This document shows positions 1-10,600 of a stretch of 64,000 nt of DNA, piece after piece. The notes beneath the pieces were generated by a model that saw only the letters and a list, made by a program, of their open reading frames with translations, made no database searches and had not been told where the DNA came from. The stretch comes from an uncultured Desulfobacterales bacterium (GTDB lineage Bacteria > Desulfobacterota > DSM-4660 > Desulfatiglandales > JALVZP01). Location: the NCBI GenBank assembly GCA_964513995.1, contig CAZEOQ010000007.1:6891-70890 (forward strand). Reading direction: 5' to 3'. Numbering within the stretch: the stretch's first letter is position 1; every line of letters begins with the position of its first letter. The position numbers were made by a program, and so were the translations under genes.

Positions 1-651
1 AACCCCATATGTTATTTTTCTATATGGTTCATCAGATACGAGATATATAGGCTTTCCAAATTTTTTGCTGTAATAGTTAAGAAGTTCTGCAAGCTCTTTT
101 ATCTCTTTTTCTCTGTATACCCTTCCTGTAGGATTGTTTGGTGAATTTATAAGCACAGCTTTTGTATTTGATGTTATGGCAGCATCTATTGCTTCTATAT
201 CTAAGGAAAAGTCCTCCTTTGTCTTTACCTTTTTTGCTATTCCTCCATGATTACTTACATAATACTCATACTCCACAAAATATGGTTTTGGAAATATTAC
301 CTCTTCACCAGGATCAAGAATTGTCTTGAACACGACATTTAATCCTCCTCCAGCTCCAACTGTCATAATAATGTCATCAGCAGAAAATCTGTGTCCTCTT
401 TCCTCTTTCAGATAAGATGCAACTGCTTTTCTCGTCTCATAAAATCCTGCATTTGACATATATCTGTGTATTCCTGGTTTTTTTATTACCTGAACTATGA
501 TCTCTTTTAATTTATCTGGAGGTTCAATGTCAGGATTTCCAAGACTAAAATCAAAGATCTCTTTTTCTTTTTTTAAATCTTCAGCTTCTTCAAACATCTT
601 CCTGATCCAGGAAGAAGATTCTATTGCACGAATTATCTTTTTTGATATCAC
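1..651 (-). CDS. PLP-dependent aminotransferase, class I/II (aspartate aminotransferase-like); runs off the left window edge
   Basis: Manual translation from GTG at 651 (AAGGAG upstream): MISKKIIRAIESSSWIRKMFEEAE...FDFSLGNPDIEPP...YMSNAG...MTVGAGGGLNV...PYFVEY...INSPNNPTG. Absent from the ORF track because it has no stop in the window. Confidence 0.88.
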   Translation of the reverse strand, partial: MISKKIIRAIESSSWIRKMFEEAEDLKKEKEIFDFSLGNPDIEPPDKLKEIIVQVIKKPGIHRYMSNAGFYETRKAVASYLKEERGHRFSADDIIMTVGAGGGLNVVFKTILDPGEEVIFPKPYFVEYEYYVSNHGGIAKKVKTKEDFSLDIEAIDAAITSNTKAVLINSPNNPTGRVYREKEIKELAELLNYYSKKFGKPIYLVSDEPYRKITYGV

Positions 652-697
652 TTTTTTACTCCTTTTTATTTTTTTGGTATTATGCAAAACTGAAAAA

Positions 698-2134
698 ATG
701 GTCAACACAAGAAAAATAATATGGATTATCTTTTCATTTGCAATATTTCTTTTTACTGTCCTTTTTGCTGATCTTTCTCCTGAAAACCCAAAGATAACAA
801 GAACATTTTCAGTCTGTCTTCTCATGTCACTTCTCTGGATAACAGAAGCTGTTCCTCTTCCTGTTACTTCTCTTATCCCTGTCGTGCTTTTCCCTTTTTT
901 TGGAATAATGGATGGAAAAAAAACTGCTTCTCTTTATTTTAACAACATAATCTTCCTTTTTCTTGGTGGATTCATTATGGCACTTGCTATGGAAAAGTGG
1001 AATCTTCACAGAAGAATAGCTCTCAGGATTATCCTTACTTTTGGTTCTGAATACAGAAAGCTTCTTTTTGGTTTTATGCTTGCCACTGCGTTTCTTTCCA
1101 TGTGGATATCAAATACAGCAACAGTTATGCTTATGACTCCAATTGCTATGGCAGTAATATCCAGACTTGAAAAGGATGCTAAGAAATTTCCTGTAGCACT
1201 CCTTCTTGGTATAGCATATTCTGCATCAATTGGTGGAATTTCAACACTTGTAGGAACTCCTCCAAATGCTATATTTGTAAAGATCTTAGAGATATCTTTT
1301 CCAGAAATCCCAGAAGTAACATTTTCCTCATGGTTCATATTTGCATTTCCAATAAGCCTTATCCTTTTCCTTTTTACCTGGCTTCTTCTTTTTTTCCTAT
1401 ACTGTCCAAGAAATGAGAAAAAAATAGAAAAGAGGATATTTCTAGAGGAATATAAAAAACTTGGTCCTATGAGATATGAAGAAAAGGTTGTAGCTTTTCT
1501 TTTTTCTCTTCTTGCAGTTATGTGGCTTACAAGAGCAGATATAAAAATAGGAAATTTTACTTTTCCTGGATGGTCATCTCTTCTTCCACATCCAGAATTT
1601 ATTGATGATGGAACAGTAGCTATATCAGTTTCTATCCTGCTTTTTTTTATACCGTGCAGAAAAAAAAGAGAAACTGTCATGGATTGGGAAACAGCAAAAA
1701 GACTTCCATGGGGAATAGTCCTTCTTTTTGGAGGAGGTTTTGCCCTTGCAGAAGGTTTTAAACAATCAGGTCTTTCTTCCTGGATAACAGAAAGATTTTC
1801 TCATATAAACCTCCCTATTCCTCTTACAATAGTCCTTATATGTATTGGAGTAGCTATTCTTACTGAATTTGCATCAAATACTGCTTCTTCTCAGGTCGTC
1901 CTTCCTGTTATGGCAAGTCTTTCAAAAGCAATTGGAGTAAGTCCTTTTCTTACAATGGTTCCAGCAACGATTTCTGCATCATGTGCATTTATGCTTCCTG
2001 TTGCAACTCCACCAAATGCAATAATCTTTGGAACAAACAGACTAACCGTATGGGATATGTTTAAAACTGGTATATTTATTGATCTTGCAGCTGTATTTGT
2101 TATAACAGTTTTTAGTCTTATCTACTTTAGATAA
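698..2134 (+). CDS. SLC13/DASS family sodium:dicarboxylate or sulfate symporter
   Basis: Multi-TM protein with LSMWISNTAT, GTPPN, LTEFASNTAS and AFMLPVATPPNAI motifs. Start moved from 497 to ATG 698 because 497-651 overlaps the divergent aminotransferase. Confidence 0.9.
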   Translation: MVNTRKIIWIIFSFAIFLFTVLFADLSPENPKITRTFSVCLLMSLLWITEAVPLPVTSLIPVVLFPFFGIMDGKKTASLYFNNIIFLFLGGFIMALAMEKWNLHRRIALRIILTFGSEYRKLLFGFMLATAFLSMWISNTATVMLMTPIAMAVISRLEKDAKKFPVALLLGIAYSASIGGISTLVGTPPNAIFVKILEISFPEIPEVTFSSWFIFAFPISLILFLFTWLLLFFLYCPRNEKKIEKRIFLEEYKKLGPMRYEEKVVAFLFSLLAVMWLTRADIKIGNFTFPGWSSLLPHPEFIDDGTVAISVSILLFFIPCRKKRETVMDWETAKRLPWGIVLLFGGGFALAEGFKQSGLSSWITERFSHINLPIPLTIVLICIGVAILTEFASNTASSQVVLPVMASLSKAIGVSPFLTMVPATISASCAFMLPVATPPNAIIFGTNRLTVWDMFKTGIFIDLAAVFVITVFSLIYFR

Positions 2135-3683
2135 TCCAGTAGTATTTTGGATACTCTTTTTTTCTGCATCTTTTCATTGTTTCTGGAAGAAAGTCTGAAA
2201 TGTCTTTTGCTGTAATTCCATCTTCTCCTTTTTCTGAAGCTGCTATATCTCCTGAAAATCCATGTATGAATACTCCCATCCTTACAGAATCCTGAAAAGA
2301 CATTCCCTGACCAAAAAGTGCAGAAATCGTTCCTGTAAGGACATCACCAGAACCTGCTGTTGCCATACCAGGATTTCCTGTCATATTTATAAAGATCCTT
2401 CCAGAAGGAGTTCCTATAAGGGAATGTGCTCCTTTAAGGACTATTATTGCTTTAAGTTCTTTGCATGTATCTTTCAGGATCTCTATCTTTTTCAGATCTA
2501 TTTCAGAAACAGTCTTTTTTGTTATCCTTGACATCTCTCCTGGATGTGGAGTAAGAACTGTTTCTGCCTTCCTGTTTTTGACTACAGAAAGATCTTTTGA
2601 TATAGCTGTAAGACCATCACCGTCTATCAGTATAGGTTTTTCTATCTTTTCTACAAGCTCCATTACAAGCCTTTGTGTCTCTTCATTAAGAGAAAGACCA
2701 GGTCCAATTACTACCATGTCCACTCTTTCTGAAAGCTGAAGGAGTCTTTCTTTATTCTCTAAGGAAAGAGTCCCTTCTTTTGTTTCAGCCTGTGGATGAA
2801 ATACTATTTCTGGACCTAATGTTGCTATATATGGTGCAACAGACTGTGGACATGCAAGCCTGCTATATCCTCCTCCTGCTTTAAGAAATGAATAGGATGA
2901 AAGGAATGGTGCTCCAAAATAGTTTCTTGCCCCTGCAATAAAAAGCACTTCTCCAAATGTTCCTTTATGTCCTGTCTTTATCCTTTCTGGAATAGGAATC
3001 GGCTCATTTATCTCACACATTATACTTTCATCTTCATAAAGTGATGGAGGAAATGAGATATGTGTTACATAAAGCTTGCCACAGAGTTCATATCCTGGAT
3101 AAAGTATGTTTCCAATCTTTGGAAGACCAAAAGTTATCGTAAGATTTGCTTTTACAGCAATTCCCATAACTTTTCCTGTATCTCCTGAGACACCAGATGG
3201 AATGTCTATGCTTACAACATATTTTCCACTTTCATTTATAGCCCTTATTACATCTCTGTATATTCCTTCTACTTCTCTTGAAAGCCCTGTCCCAAATATT
3301 GCATCTATTATAACATCACATCCCTTGATCTCATCTTTTATGTCATCAACAAATGAAACTTTCTTTACTGAGATAGGCAATCTCTTTATTATCTCAAGAT
3401 TCATTCTTGCTGCACCTTTAAACTTTTCTGGATCACCGATAATAAAAATCCTTACATCTGAACCATTTGAGTGAATTTTTCTTGCAACAACAAATCCATC
3501 TCCTCCATTGTTTCCTATTCCACAAAATACAGCAAATCTTTTCCTTATATCCTTCAGTTCACTTAATATTGCAAAATATGAAGCCTGTCCTGCATTTTCC
3601 ATAAGTATCTCTTCTTTTATTCCAAATTCATCTGAAGCCCTTTTATCTAACCTCCTCATCTCTTCTACATTACAAACCTTCAT
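2127..3683 (-). CDS. nnr: Bifunctional NAD(P)H-hydrate epimerase/dehydratase (YjeF/Nnr)
   Basis: LMENAG, GNNGGDG, DAIFGTG, HKGTFG, LTPHPGE and GMATAGSGDVLTG motifs. Start ATG 3683 follows AGGAGG. Confidence 0.93.
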   Translation of the reverse strand: MKVCNVEEMRRLDKRASDEFGIKEEILMENAGQASYFAILSELKDIRKRFAVFCGIGNNGGDGFVVARKIHSNGSDVRIFIIGDPEKFKGAARMNLEIIKRLPISVKKVSFVDDIKDEIKGCDVIIDAIFGTGLSREVEGIYRDVIRAINESGKYVVSIDIPSGVSGDTGKVMGIAVKANLTITFGLPKIGNILYPGYELCGKLYVTHISFPPSLYEDESIMCEINEPIPIPERIKTGHKGTFGEVLFIAGARNYFGAPFLSSYSFLKAGGGYSRLACPQSVAPYIATLGPEIVFHPQAETKEGTLSLENKERLLQLSERVDMVVIGPGLSLNEETQRLVMELVEKIEKPILIDGDGLTAISKDLSVVKNRKAETVLTPHPGEMSRITKKTVSEIDLKKIEILKDTCKELKAIIVLKGAHSLIGTPSGRIFINMTGNPGMATAGSGDVLTGTISALFGQGMSFQDSVRMGVFIHGFSGDIAASEKGEDGITAKDISDFLPETMKRCRKKEYPKYYWII

Positions 3684-3763
3684 CCTTCCCCTCCTTTTTA
3701 GAGTCCTTGAAGTATAACAAAATAAACTTGACATAGAAAGACAGTTAAAGGATATTGAAAAAG

Positions 3764-4084
3764 ATGGAAAGATTTGGACCTTTTGATGAAGGCGTAATCC
3801 CTGTCCATTCAGTTGATATACCTGTAGTTGATCCTAATAATCCTGAAAATTTTAAGATACTCAGCTTTCCTGTCCAATCTCAGTCAGCAGATATAATAAC
3901 AATACTTGTTCCTGCTAAATACATAGGAACAATTCAGTCAATTTCAAAAAATAATAAAATTTCAGAAATAAGATTTTACTCTGATACCCTTCTCTTTATT
4001 GGAGAAGGGATAATCCTTTCTGCTTCAAGGATAAAAACAGGGCCTGAAAAAGGAAATTACCTTATAGAACTAAAGATCAAATAA
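3764..4084 (+). CDS. Hypothetical protein (about 106 aa, beta-rich)
   Basis: Only ORF filling the gap between nnr and the acyl-CoA ligase; TTGACA at 3728-3733 upstream; no family recognised. Confidence 0.55.
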   Translation: MERFGPFDEGVIPVHSVDIPVVDPNNPENFKILSFPVQSQSADIITILVPAKYIGTIQSISKNNKISEIRFYSDTLLFIGEGIILSASRIKTGPEKGNYLIELKIK

Positions 4085-6092
4085 TTATCTTTGCATCAAC
4101 GACCCAAATTCCATAAGGATTTAAAATAACAGGATTCAGATCCATCTCCTTTATTTCAGGAAATCTTATACAGAGAGAAGAAACTTTTATCATGAGTTCT
4201 ACGACTTTCTGGATCTCAGTCTCTTTTAAGTTATCTGATACCTTTGTCTTTCTGAAGACATAATATGCCTGATCCCTGTTAAAAGGAACAAGAATTTCTT
4301 CTATATCACCATATAACTCTACATCCTCTCCTCCTTTTCCAACCAGAAGTATATGACCAAACTTTTCATCTTTTTTTACTCCTATAAATATCTCCTCTCC
4401 TTCTTCTATCATTTTCTGAACAAGGACAGCCCTTACATCCTTTTTTATCATCTCCTTGTATGCTTCAAAAAGCTCTCTATAACTTTTTATCCAAACTTTT
4501 ATAAGTCCTTTTTTCTTTTTATGAATCCCTCCTTCTGCTTCTGCTTTTATGCAAACAGGAGGTCTTAGTCTCTCAAATGCATCTCTTAGTTCAGATTCAT
4601 CTTTTATTTTTACTGTTTCAGCAACAGGAATACCTGCAGCTTTTATAATCTCAAATGCATCCGAAAAGAGATAATCTTTCCCTTTTGAATTTTCTATTAT
4701 TTCCCTTATCTTTTCTTCCTTCTTTATTTCATAAATATCTGGTTCTTTTTTTGCCATCTCTCTTATGGCTTTATATTCCATACATAAACCAAGAGAACAA
4801 AAAGCCCTGTCAGGATGTTTAAAGACTGCTACAGGAGAATCCTTTGTAAAATTTTCTGCATCTTCTTCGTTATAATATCCTATAACCCAGGAAAGGACAG
4901 GTTTTTTTACAGATCTTTCCTTTACTACAGAACTTATTGTTTTCAGAGTAGGAATCCCATTTATACAAAATATTATATCCACTGAATCATCTTCAATCAT
5001 ACAGTTCAATGCTTCTGTATATACCTTTTTATATCCATGTCTGAAACTTGCTGACATAATGTCCACAGGATTTGAAGGACTGTAATATGGAGGATATATC
5101 TGAGAAATTCTTCGTAGGGTAGATTCAGAAAGTTCTGAAAGCTCAAAACCATACTTTTCAAGTGAATCAAGACAGATTATCCCTGCTCCTCCAGAAGGTG
5201 TTATGATTCCAACCCTCTTTTTGTCTGGTATGTGTATCTTTTTTGAAAGCATGTAGATCACATCTTCCAGCTTTTCTGTTGAGTCTGTTAGAATCAGACC
5301 TAAGCTAAAAAAGAAGGCTTTATATACTTTATAATCCTTTGCAATTGCTCCAGAATGAGAAACAACAGCTTTTTTTGCTTTTTCTTCCCTTCCTGATTTA
5401 AATATGACAATCGGTTTCTTATGTCCCTTTTCTTTTATTACCTTTTTAAACAATTCTGGTTCTTTTAGCTCTTCAATATGAACAGCTATAAGCTGTGTCT
5501 GATCATCTTCAAGAAGTTCTGAAAGAAGTTCAGGAAAGTCTATGTCACATCCATTCCCTATGTCTATTGCTTTTCCTATGGGAAGAGAAGAAAATCCTTG
5601 AACAAAAAGTCCTGATTGTCCAATAAATGAGACTGGCATAACTTTTGAGGATACAAAGACAAAGGAAGTCGTAAAATGAGAAAAATAATTTACGACTCCC
5701 ATAGAATTTGGTCCCAAGATCCTTATTCCATATTCCTTTGAAATATCCTCAAGCTCTTTCTGAAGTCTTTTTCCTTTTTCATCAGATTCTGCAAATCCAT
5801 CACTTATTATAACTGAAATCTTTATCCCTTTTTTTGCACACTGCTTCAGGATATCAGGAACAATTTCTCTTCTTACCATTATCACAGCAAGCTCAGGAAT
5901 ATCAGGAATTTCTTCTACTTTCCTGTAGCACTTGTATCCCAGTATCTCTTCTGCTGAGGGATTAACAGGATATATCTTCCCTTTATAACCAAAATCTATC
6001 AGAATCTTTAAAGGATTTAGTGTCTCAGTCCTTCTTGAAACACCAATAAGAGCTACAGAAGATGGAGAACAAAGAGATTTAAGCAAACTCAT
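4077..6092 (-). CDS. ADP-forming acyl-CoA synthetase (acetate-CoA ligase family), fused alpha/beta chain
   Basis: CoA-binding VALIGVS...YPVNP, GFAE, GPNSMG, catalytic SHSGA, SGGAGI, NPVD and C-terminal ATP-grasp EMDLNP; no GNAT domain. Confidence 0.88.
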   Translation of the reverse strand: MSLLKSLCSPSSVALIGVSRRTETLNPLKILIDFGYKGKIYPVNPSAEEILGYKCYRKVEEIPDIPELAVIMVRREIVPDILKQCAKKGIKISVIISDGFAESDEKGKRLQKELEDISKEYGIRILGPNSMGVVNYFSHFTTSFVFVSSKVMPVSFIGQSGLFVQGFSSLPIGKAIDIGNGCDIDFPELLSELLEDDQTQLIAVHIEELKEPELFKKVIKEKGHKKPIVIFKSGREEKAKKAVVSHSGAIAKDYKVYKAFFFSLGLILTDSTEKLEDVIYMLSKKIHIPDKKRVGIITPSGGAGIICLDSLEKYGFELSELSESTLRRISQIYPPYYSPSNPVDIMSASFRHGYKKVYTEALNCMIEDDSVDIIFCINGIPTLKTISSVVKERSVKKPVLSWVIGYYNEEDAENFTKDSPVAVFKHPDRAFCSLGLCMEYKAIREMAKKEPDIYEIKKEEKIREIIENSKGKDYLFSDAFEIIKAAGIPVAETVKIKDESELRDAFERLRPPVCIKAEAEGGIHKKKKGLIKVWIKSYRELFEAYKEMIKKDVRAVLVQKMIEEGEEIFIGVKKDEKFGHILLVGKGGEDVELYGDIEEILVPFNRDQAYYVFRKTKVSDNLKETEIQKVVELMIKVSSLCIRFPEIKEMDLNPVILNPYGIWVVDAKIII

Positions 6093-6093
6093 C

Positions 6094-6933
6094 TTATTCA
6101 GGTTCAAGACTTATAATCTTTGCTACTTTTTTTTCTAACTTCCCTACCTCTTCCACAATAATGTCCACATATTTCCTGTTAGGGTCTTCTTTTGGCATTT
6201 TTTTACTCAATCTTCTTGCAAATCCTCCTATAACCGTAAGAGAATTTCTGAGTTCATGAGCAACCCTGTTTGCCATCTTTCCCATTGCAGCGTGTCTTTC
6301 CATTTCTAAAAGTTTTCTATGTGTTTCTTCAAGCTGCCTAGTCCTTTCTTTTACTTTTTTTTCAAGCTCCTGCTGAGATATATATACCTCATCATAAAGC
6401 TGAGATATTTTTATAGCTATCCCTATCTCATTGGCAACTATATATATTGCATCGCTGTATCTTACATGAAAATAGTTTTTCCTTTTTGAAGCAGTTACCA
6501 AAATTCCTATTACTTTATCTTCTACCATTATAGGGGTAAAGGCAAAAGAGTTCATCGTATTTGGAACTATAAGGTGATCTTTATCCTGTATCTCGTCTAT
6601 GTCATTCACAATTACTATCCTTTTTTTTTCAAAACATCTGATTGCATATGGATCTTTAAGTTGTCGGTTTTCTATCTTTTCTATAAATCCTTTTTCTAAC
6701 CCAACACAGCTTTCTACTTTTACATGATTATTTGTGCTTATAAGGAGTATTGCACAAAGATCAAATTTATATTCTTTTATGAGGAGTCTGATGATCCCTT
6801 CTAAGACATTTTGAAGATGAAGGTGTGATGAAACAAGTTTTGTTATTTCAAATAATATTCTTAACTTCTTCCTGTTTTCTTTATACTTCCTTTCTAATTC
6901 ATCAATCTGGCTTAAGAGGCTTTTAAATACCAT
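6094..6933 (-). CDS. GAF + HisKA (DHp) protein lacking the HATPase domain
   Basis: GAF-like region (FTPIMVEDKVIGIL), coiled coil and H-box AHELRNSLTVIGGFARRL; protein ends about 40 aa later with no N/G1/G2 boxes. Confidence 0.8.
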   Translation of the reverse strand: MVFKSLLSQIDELERKYKENRKKLRILFEITKLVSSHLHLQNVLEGIIRLLIKEYKFDLCAILLISTNNHVKVESCVGLEKGFIEKIENRQLKDPYAIRCFEKKRIVIVNDIDEIQDKDHLIVPNTMNSFAFTPIMVEDKVIGILVTASKRKNYFHVRYSDAIYIVANEIGIAIKISQLYDEVYISQQELEKKVKERTRQLEETHRKLLEMERHAAMGKMANRVAHELRNSLTVIGGFARRLSKKMPKEDPNRKYVDIIVEEVGKLEKKVAKIISLEPE

Positions 6934-6970
6934 GTAAAATTAGTAACAATTTAGAGCAAATAAAGTCAAT

Positions 6971-7012
6971 AAAAAAAAAGAAGGGCTGATCTTAAAGATC
7001 AACCCTTCTTTT
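6971..7012 (-). terminator. Intrinsic terminator of the tRNA-Gly/tRNA-Cys transcript
   Basis: Inverted repeat AAGAAGGG-CTGATCT-TAA-AGATCAA-CCCTTCTT followed on the minus strand by a long T run. Confidence 0.8.
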
Positions 7013-7013
7013 A

Positions 7014-7086
7014 AGGCGGCACCCGGATTCGAACCGGGGAATAGCGGTTTTGCAGACCGCCGCCTTAACCACTTGGCTATGCCGCC
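7014..7086 (-). tRNA. tRNA-Cys (GCA)
   Basis: Minus strand GGCGGCATAGCCAAGTGGTTAAGGCGGCGGTCTGCAAAACCGCTATTCCCCGGTTCGAATCCGGGTGCCGCCT; cloverleaf, anticodon GCA, no encoded CCA. Confidence 0.96.
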
Positions 7087-7093
7087 TTTTTTA

Positions 7094-7166
7094 AGCGGGA
7101 AACGGGACTTGAACCCGCGACCACCACGTTGGCAACGTGGTGCTCTACCCCCTGAGCTATTCCCGC
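7094..7166 (-). tRNA. tRNA-Gly (GCC)
   Basis: Minus strand GCGGGAATAGCTCAGGGGGTAGAGCACCACGTTGCCAACGTGGTGGTCGCGGGTTCAAGTCCCGTTTCCCGCT; anticodon GCC. Confidence 0.96.
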
Positions 7167-7176
7167 TTTCACCTAT

Positions 7177-7206
7177 ATTTTACCTCAGAATCCTTTTTCC
7201 TGTCAA
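7177..7206 (-). promoter_or_regulatory. Sigma70-type promoter for the tRNA pair
   Basis: TTGACA (7206-7201), 18 nt, TAAAAT (7182-7177), about 10 nt upstream of tRNA-Gly. Confidence 0.6.
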
Positions 7207-7257
7207 ATAGTTTTTCCTCTTGCAAATACATGGAAAATTTTATAATTAAGAAAAACC

Positions 7258-7653
7258 ATGTTTTTTAGAATTGCAGAAAGGAGAATAAAAGAGGCACAGG
7301 AAGAGGGAGTCTTTGATAATCTTCCAGGAAAGTATAAACCACTTAAACTTGAAGACTGGAGTAATGTGCCTCAAGATCTAAGACTTGCTTATAAGATCCT
7401 CAAAAATGCTGGATTTCTTCCTCCTGAGCTTGAGCTGAAAAAAGAGATCTTAAGGATGGAAGATCTTTTAGAACAGCTAACAGATGAAAAAGAGGCATAC
7501 AGACTGGTAAAAGAGATAAATCTGAAGATAATGAAGTTAAACATGATGAAAAAGAAGTCTCCTCTTCTTGAAGAAAATCAGATTTACTACAAGAAGGTCC
7601 TGGAAAAGATAAGAGAAAGAAGAGAAAAAAGGAAAAAAGCTAATCAGGACTAG
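7258..7653 (+). CDS. DUF1992 (DnaJ-family-associated) domain protein
   Basis: IAERRIKEAQEEGVFDNLPGKYKPL...AYKILKNAGFLPPELEL signature. Confidence 0.85.
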   Translation: MFFRIAERRIKEAQEEGVFDNLPGKYKPLKLEDWSNVPQDLRLAYKILKNAGFLPPELELKKEILRMEDLLEQLTDEKEAYRLVKEINLKIMKLNMMKKKSPLLEENQIYYKKVLEKIRERREKRKKANQD

Positions 7654-10600
7654 CTTCACTCCATTTTTCCTGATATGAAATAAGACTTTCTTCTGGATAT
7701 TCCATAAATTCCTCTTCTTTTATGTAATTTCTTGCCTCATATGCCTTCCTTAATACTTCCTGATAATCAAGGTTTCCTTCTTCAATCATATCCATTGCTT
7801 CTTCAAGCTGTCTTGTAAGTGATTCATCAATATATCTTGGAAAATTCTGCTTCAGATACTTATATACTTCTCTTCCAAGTCTTGTAGGATAAAGTCTTCC
7901 ATTTGGAAGCACCTTTATGTAATTTCTATTTATAAGTGTTGTAACGATTTCTGCATAAGTAGAAGGTCTTCCAAGTCCTCTTTTTTTCATCTCCTGAACA
8001 AGTGTCCCTTCTGTATAAAGATCTGCTTTTGGAACTAATCTAAATGAAACATTTTCAACTTTTATTTCTTCTGATATAGAAGCTACAGAAAAAGTAGGAA
8101 AGACCTTCTCAAATCCTTCTTCTAAAATTTCAAAAATTGCTTCATCTTCCCAGCTGTATGAAGGAGTTTCAAACCTTAGTCTTTTTACTTTCAGTTTTGT
8201 CTGTCTCATCTGACTTGCTATAAATCTTCTAAATATAAGATCATACAGTCTTACTGAAATATTAGGATCTGAAAGACTTATAAAACCTGCTCCTATCATA
8301 AACCTTACCTGAGATTCATCTTGAGGTCTTGTAGGACGGATTCCTTCATGTGCTCCTTCTTCTGCCCATTCTCTTGGATAAAATAGCTCTTCACCGAACT
8401 TATCAGCAATATATCTTTTTGCTACCTGATATCTTCCAACCTCTGATATTCTTGTTGAATCTGTCCTGTGATAAGTAATAAGTCCTGATTCAAATAATTC
8501 TTGTAGAAGCTTCATTGTTTGATTTGTAGAAAGACCAAGCCTTTGACTTGCATCCTGAAGTATAGTATCTGTGGTATATGGTGGAGGAGGAATTTTTATC
8601 TGTTCTTTTTCTTCAATAAAAGATACAGAAAGCTTTCCCTGTTTTATTTCTTGAAAAAGATTTTTTGCTAAAGCAGTATCTTCAAGTTCAACTGAAAACA
8701 GGTATTTCCATAGCCTAAAACTTATTTTAGCCTTTTTCTTTTTTGCCTCTTCTGCCCTTTCAATTACCCATCCAAGAACAGGAGTTTGAACTCTTCCTGC
8801 AGAAAGCCTCGTTTTTTTAAATTCCTTCCATAGCCTCTGTGAAAGAGTAAAACCGACCCATCTGTCAACTACTCTTCTTGCAAGCTGAGCTTTTACTCTG
8901 TTTAAGTTAAATCTTACAGGATTCTTTAAAGCTTCTCTAAATGCACGAGGAGTAACTTCGTGAAATTCAAGTCTGTTTATGTTTTTATTAAAAGGAGAAA
9001 GCTGTATAAAAAGATCATAAGCTATCTTTTCTCCTTCTGCATCTGGATCACTTCCAATGAATACTTCCTTTATTTCATAAGCAAGTCTTTGAAAGCTTTT
9101 TATAAGATCCTGTTTGTCAAAAATAGGTCCTTTTTCTTTTTTCTGTTCAACTTCTTCTGGATCTACAAGCTGCTGTCCAGTTGATTTCACTATCTTTATG
9201 GTATCAAATACTGGGATAAAATAAGAATCTTCCTTAAATACTCCAAAAAATCCCTTCTTTCTTGAAAGATTAAACACATGACCTAAGGATGCCGTTATCA
9301 TGAGAATCCTGTCCTCAGTTGGTATTTCATACACAAAAGCATCTCCTACTTTTCTTACAGTTGGCTTTCCAAAGAAGGAAGCAATGGTCCTTGCTTTATT
9401 AGGAGATTCTACTATTACCAGAGCAGTAGAAATCTGGTTTGAGACATCTATTTTTCTTTCCTTTCTGATCCTTGTAAGTTCTTCTGATATAGCCGAAAGA
9501 TCTATCTCTGAGATGTGTCTAAAAGAAAATTCTTCACCCAGATGCAATTTGAGTCTTTTTGTAAGGCTTTTTAAAGATCTTTTGTCTTCAGGAATTACTA
9601 TAGAAAGACCTTTAAGAAGACCTGAAGCTGTAAGTCTTGAAACCCTTCCAGATGCCTGAAGATATGTAGCAGAATCTCCTACTACAAGATAAATCTCTCC
9701 ATCCTGTCTTATAAGAAACACATCTTCTGAATTTTCAAGTCTTTCAATAAATTCCTTTTCCTTGAACTTCTTCTCTATGAATTCCTTTATCTTTTCGCAC
9801 TTCTGTTTTATTCTTGGATACCTTTCAAGGTCTTCTTCTTTTAAGTTCAAATACTTCTTCAGATACTGAATATCTTGAAATCTCCTTATCCTTTCCTCAT
9901 CTTCCAAGATAGAGATAACATTGACAAGTATATTGTAAAGACTTCTTGGAACTGCTGAAACCTTAGTAGGAAAAACATGTTTTGGCACTCCTAAAAATAT
10001 TGCATAACGAAGGACATAAGGAAGATCTATTCCCCTGACGAGAGGATTTCCTATGTGAGAAAGACCTACTGCTATGTCAAATTCACCTCTTTTCATTTCT
10101 TCCATAAGGGTTTCAGGATCAAGTTCCAGATAACTCAATACCTTAAATCCTTCCTTTCTCAAATTCTTTACAACTTCTTCTACCCCATTTTTTCCAAATA
10201 TAGATGAGACAAATAAAAGCCCACCCTTTCCAAGGATCTTTAAAAGAGAAGCTATTCTTTTACATGCTTTATCAATTTCAGGATATGTTTCGTCTGTTAT
10301 ATCTATTACATTTCTGAGATTTGAAACAGCTTGATAGATGTCAAAACCAAGTAAAAATCTAAAAAGCATTACTCTGTTTCCACGAGGTTTAAGTGTTGCA
10401 GATGAAAGAAGGAGGATCTTTTTTCCAGAATGTCTTTTTCTTATTTCCTCAAGTTTTTCAAAGTCTTCTTCTTTCTTATCATGTTTCAAAGCAAGGGCTA
10501 TTTCTTCTTCTGAAAAACCTAAAAGTTTAAAAAGTGAGTCAATGTGTGAAGATCTTTTAAGGAAGGAGTCAACATCGTCAATGAAGATAAAGCTGAAGTT

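Noticed and set aside
497-697. N-terminal extension of the SLC13 permease in the ORF track
   Set aside because: It is the antisense of the aminotransferase start (GTG 651); the permease-like sequence begins at ATG 698.
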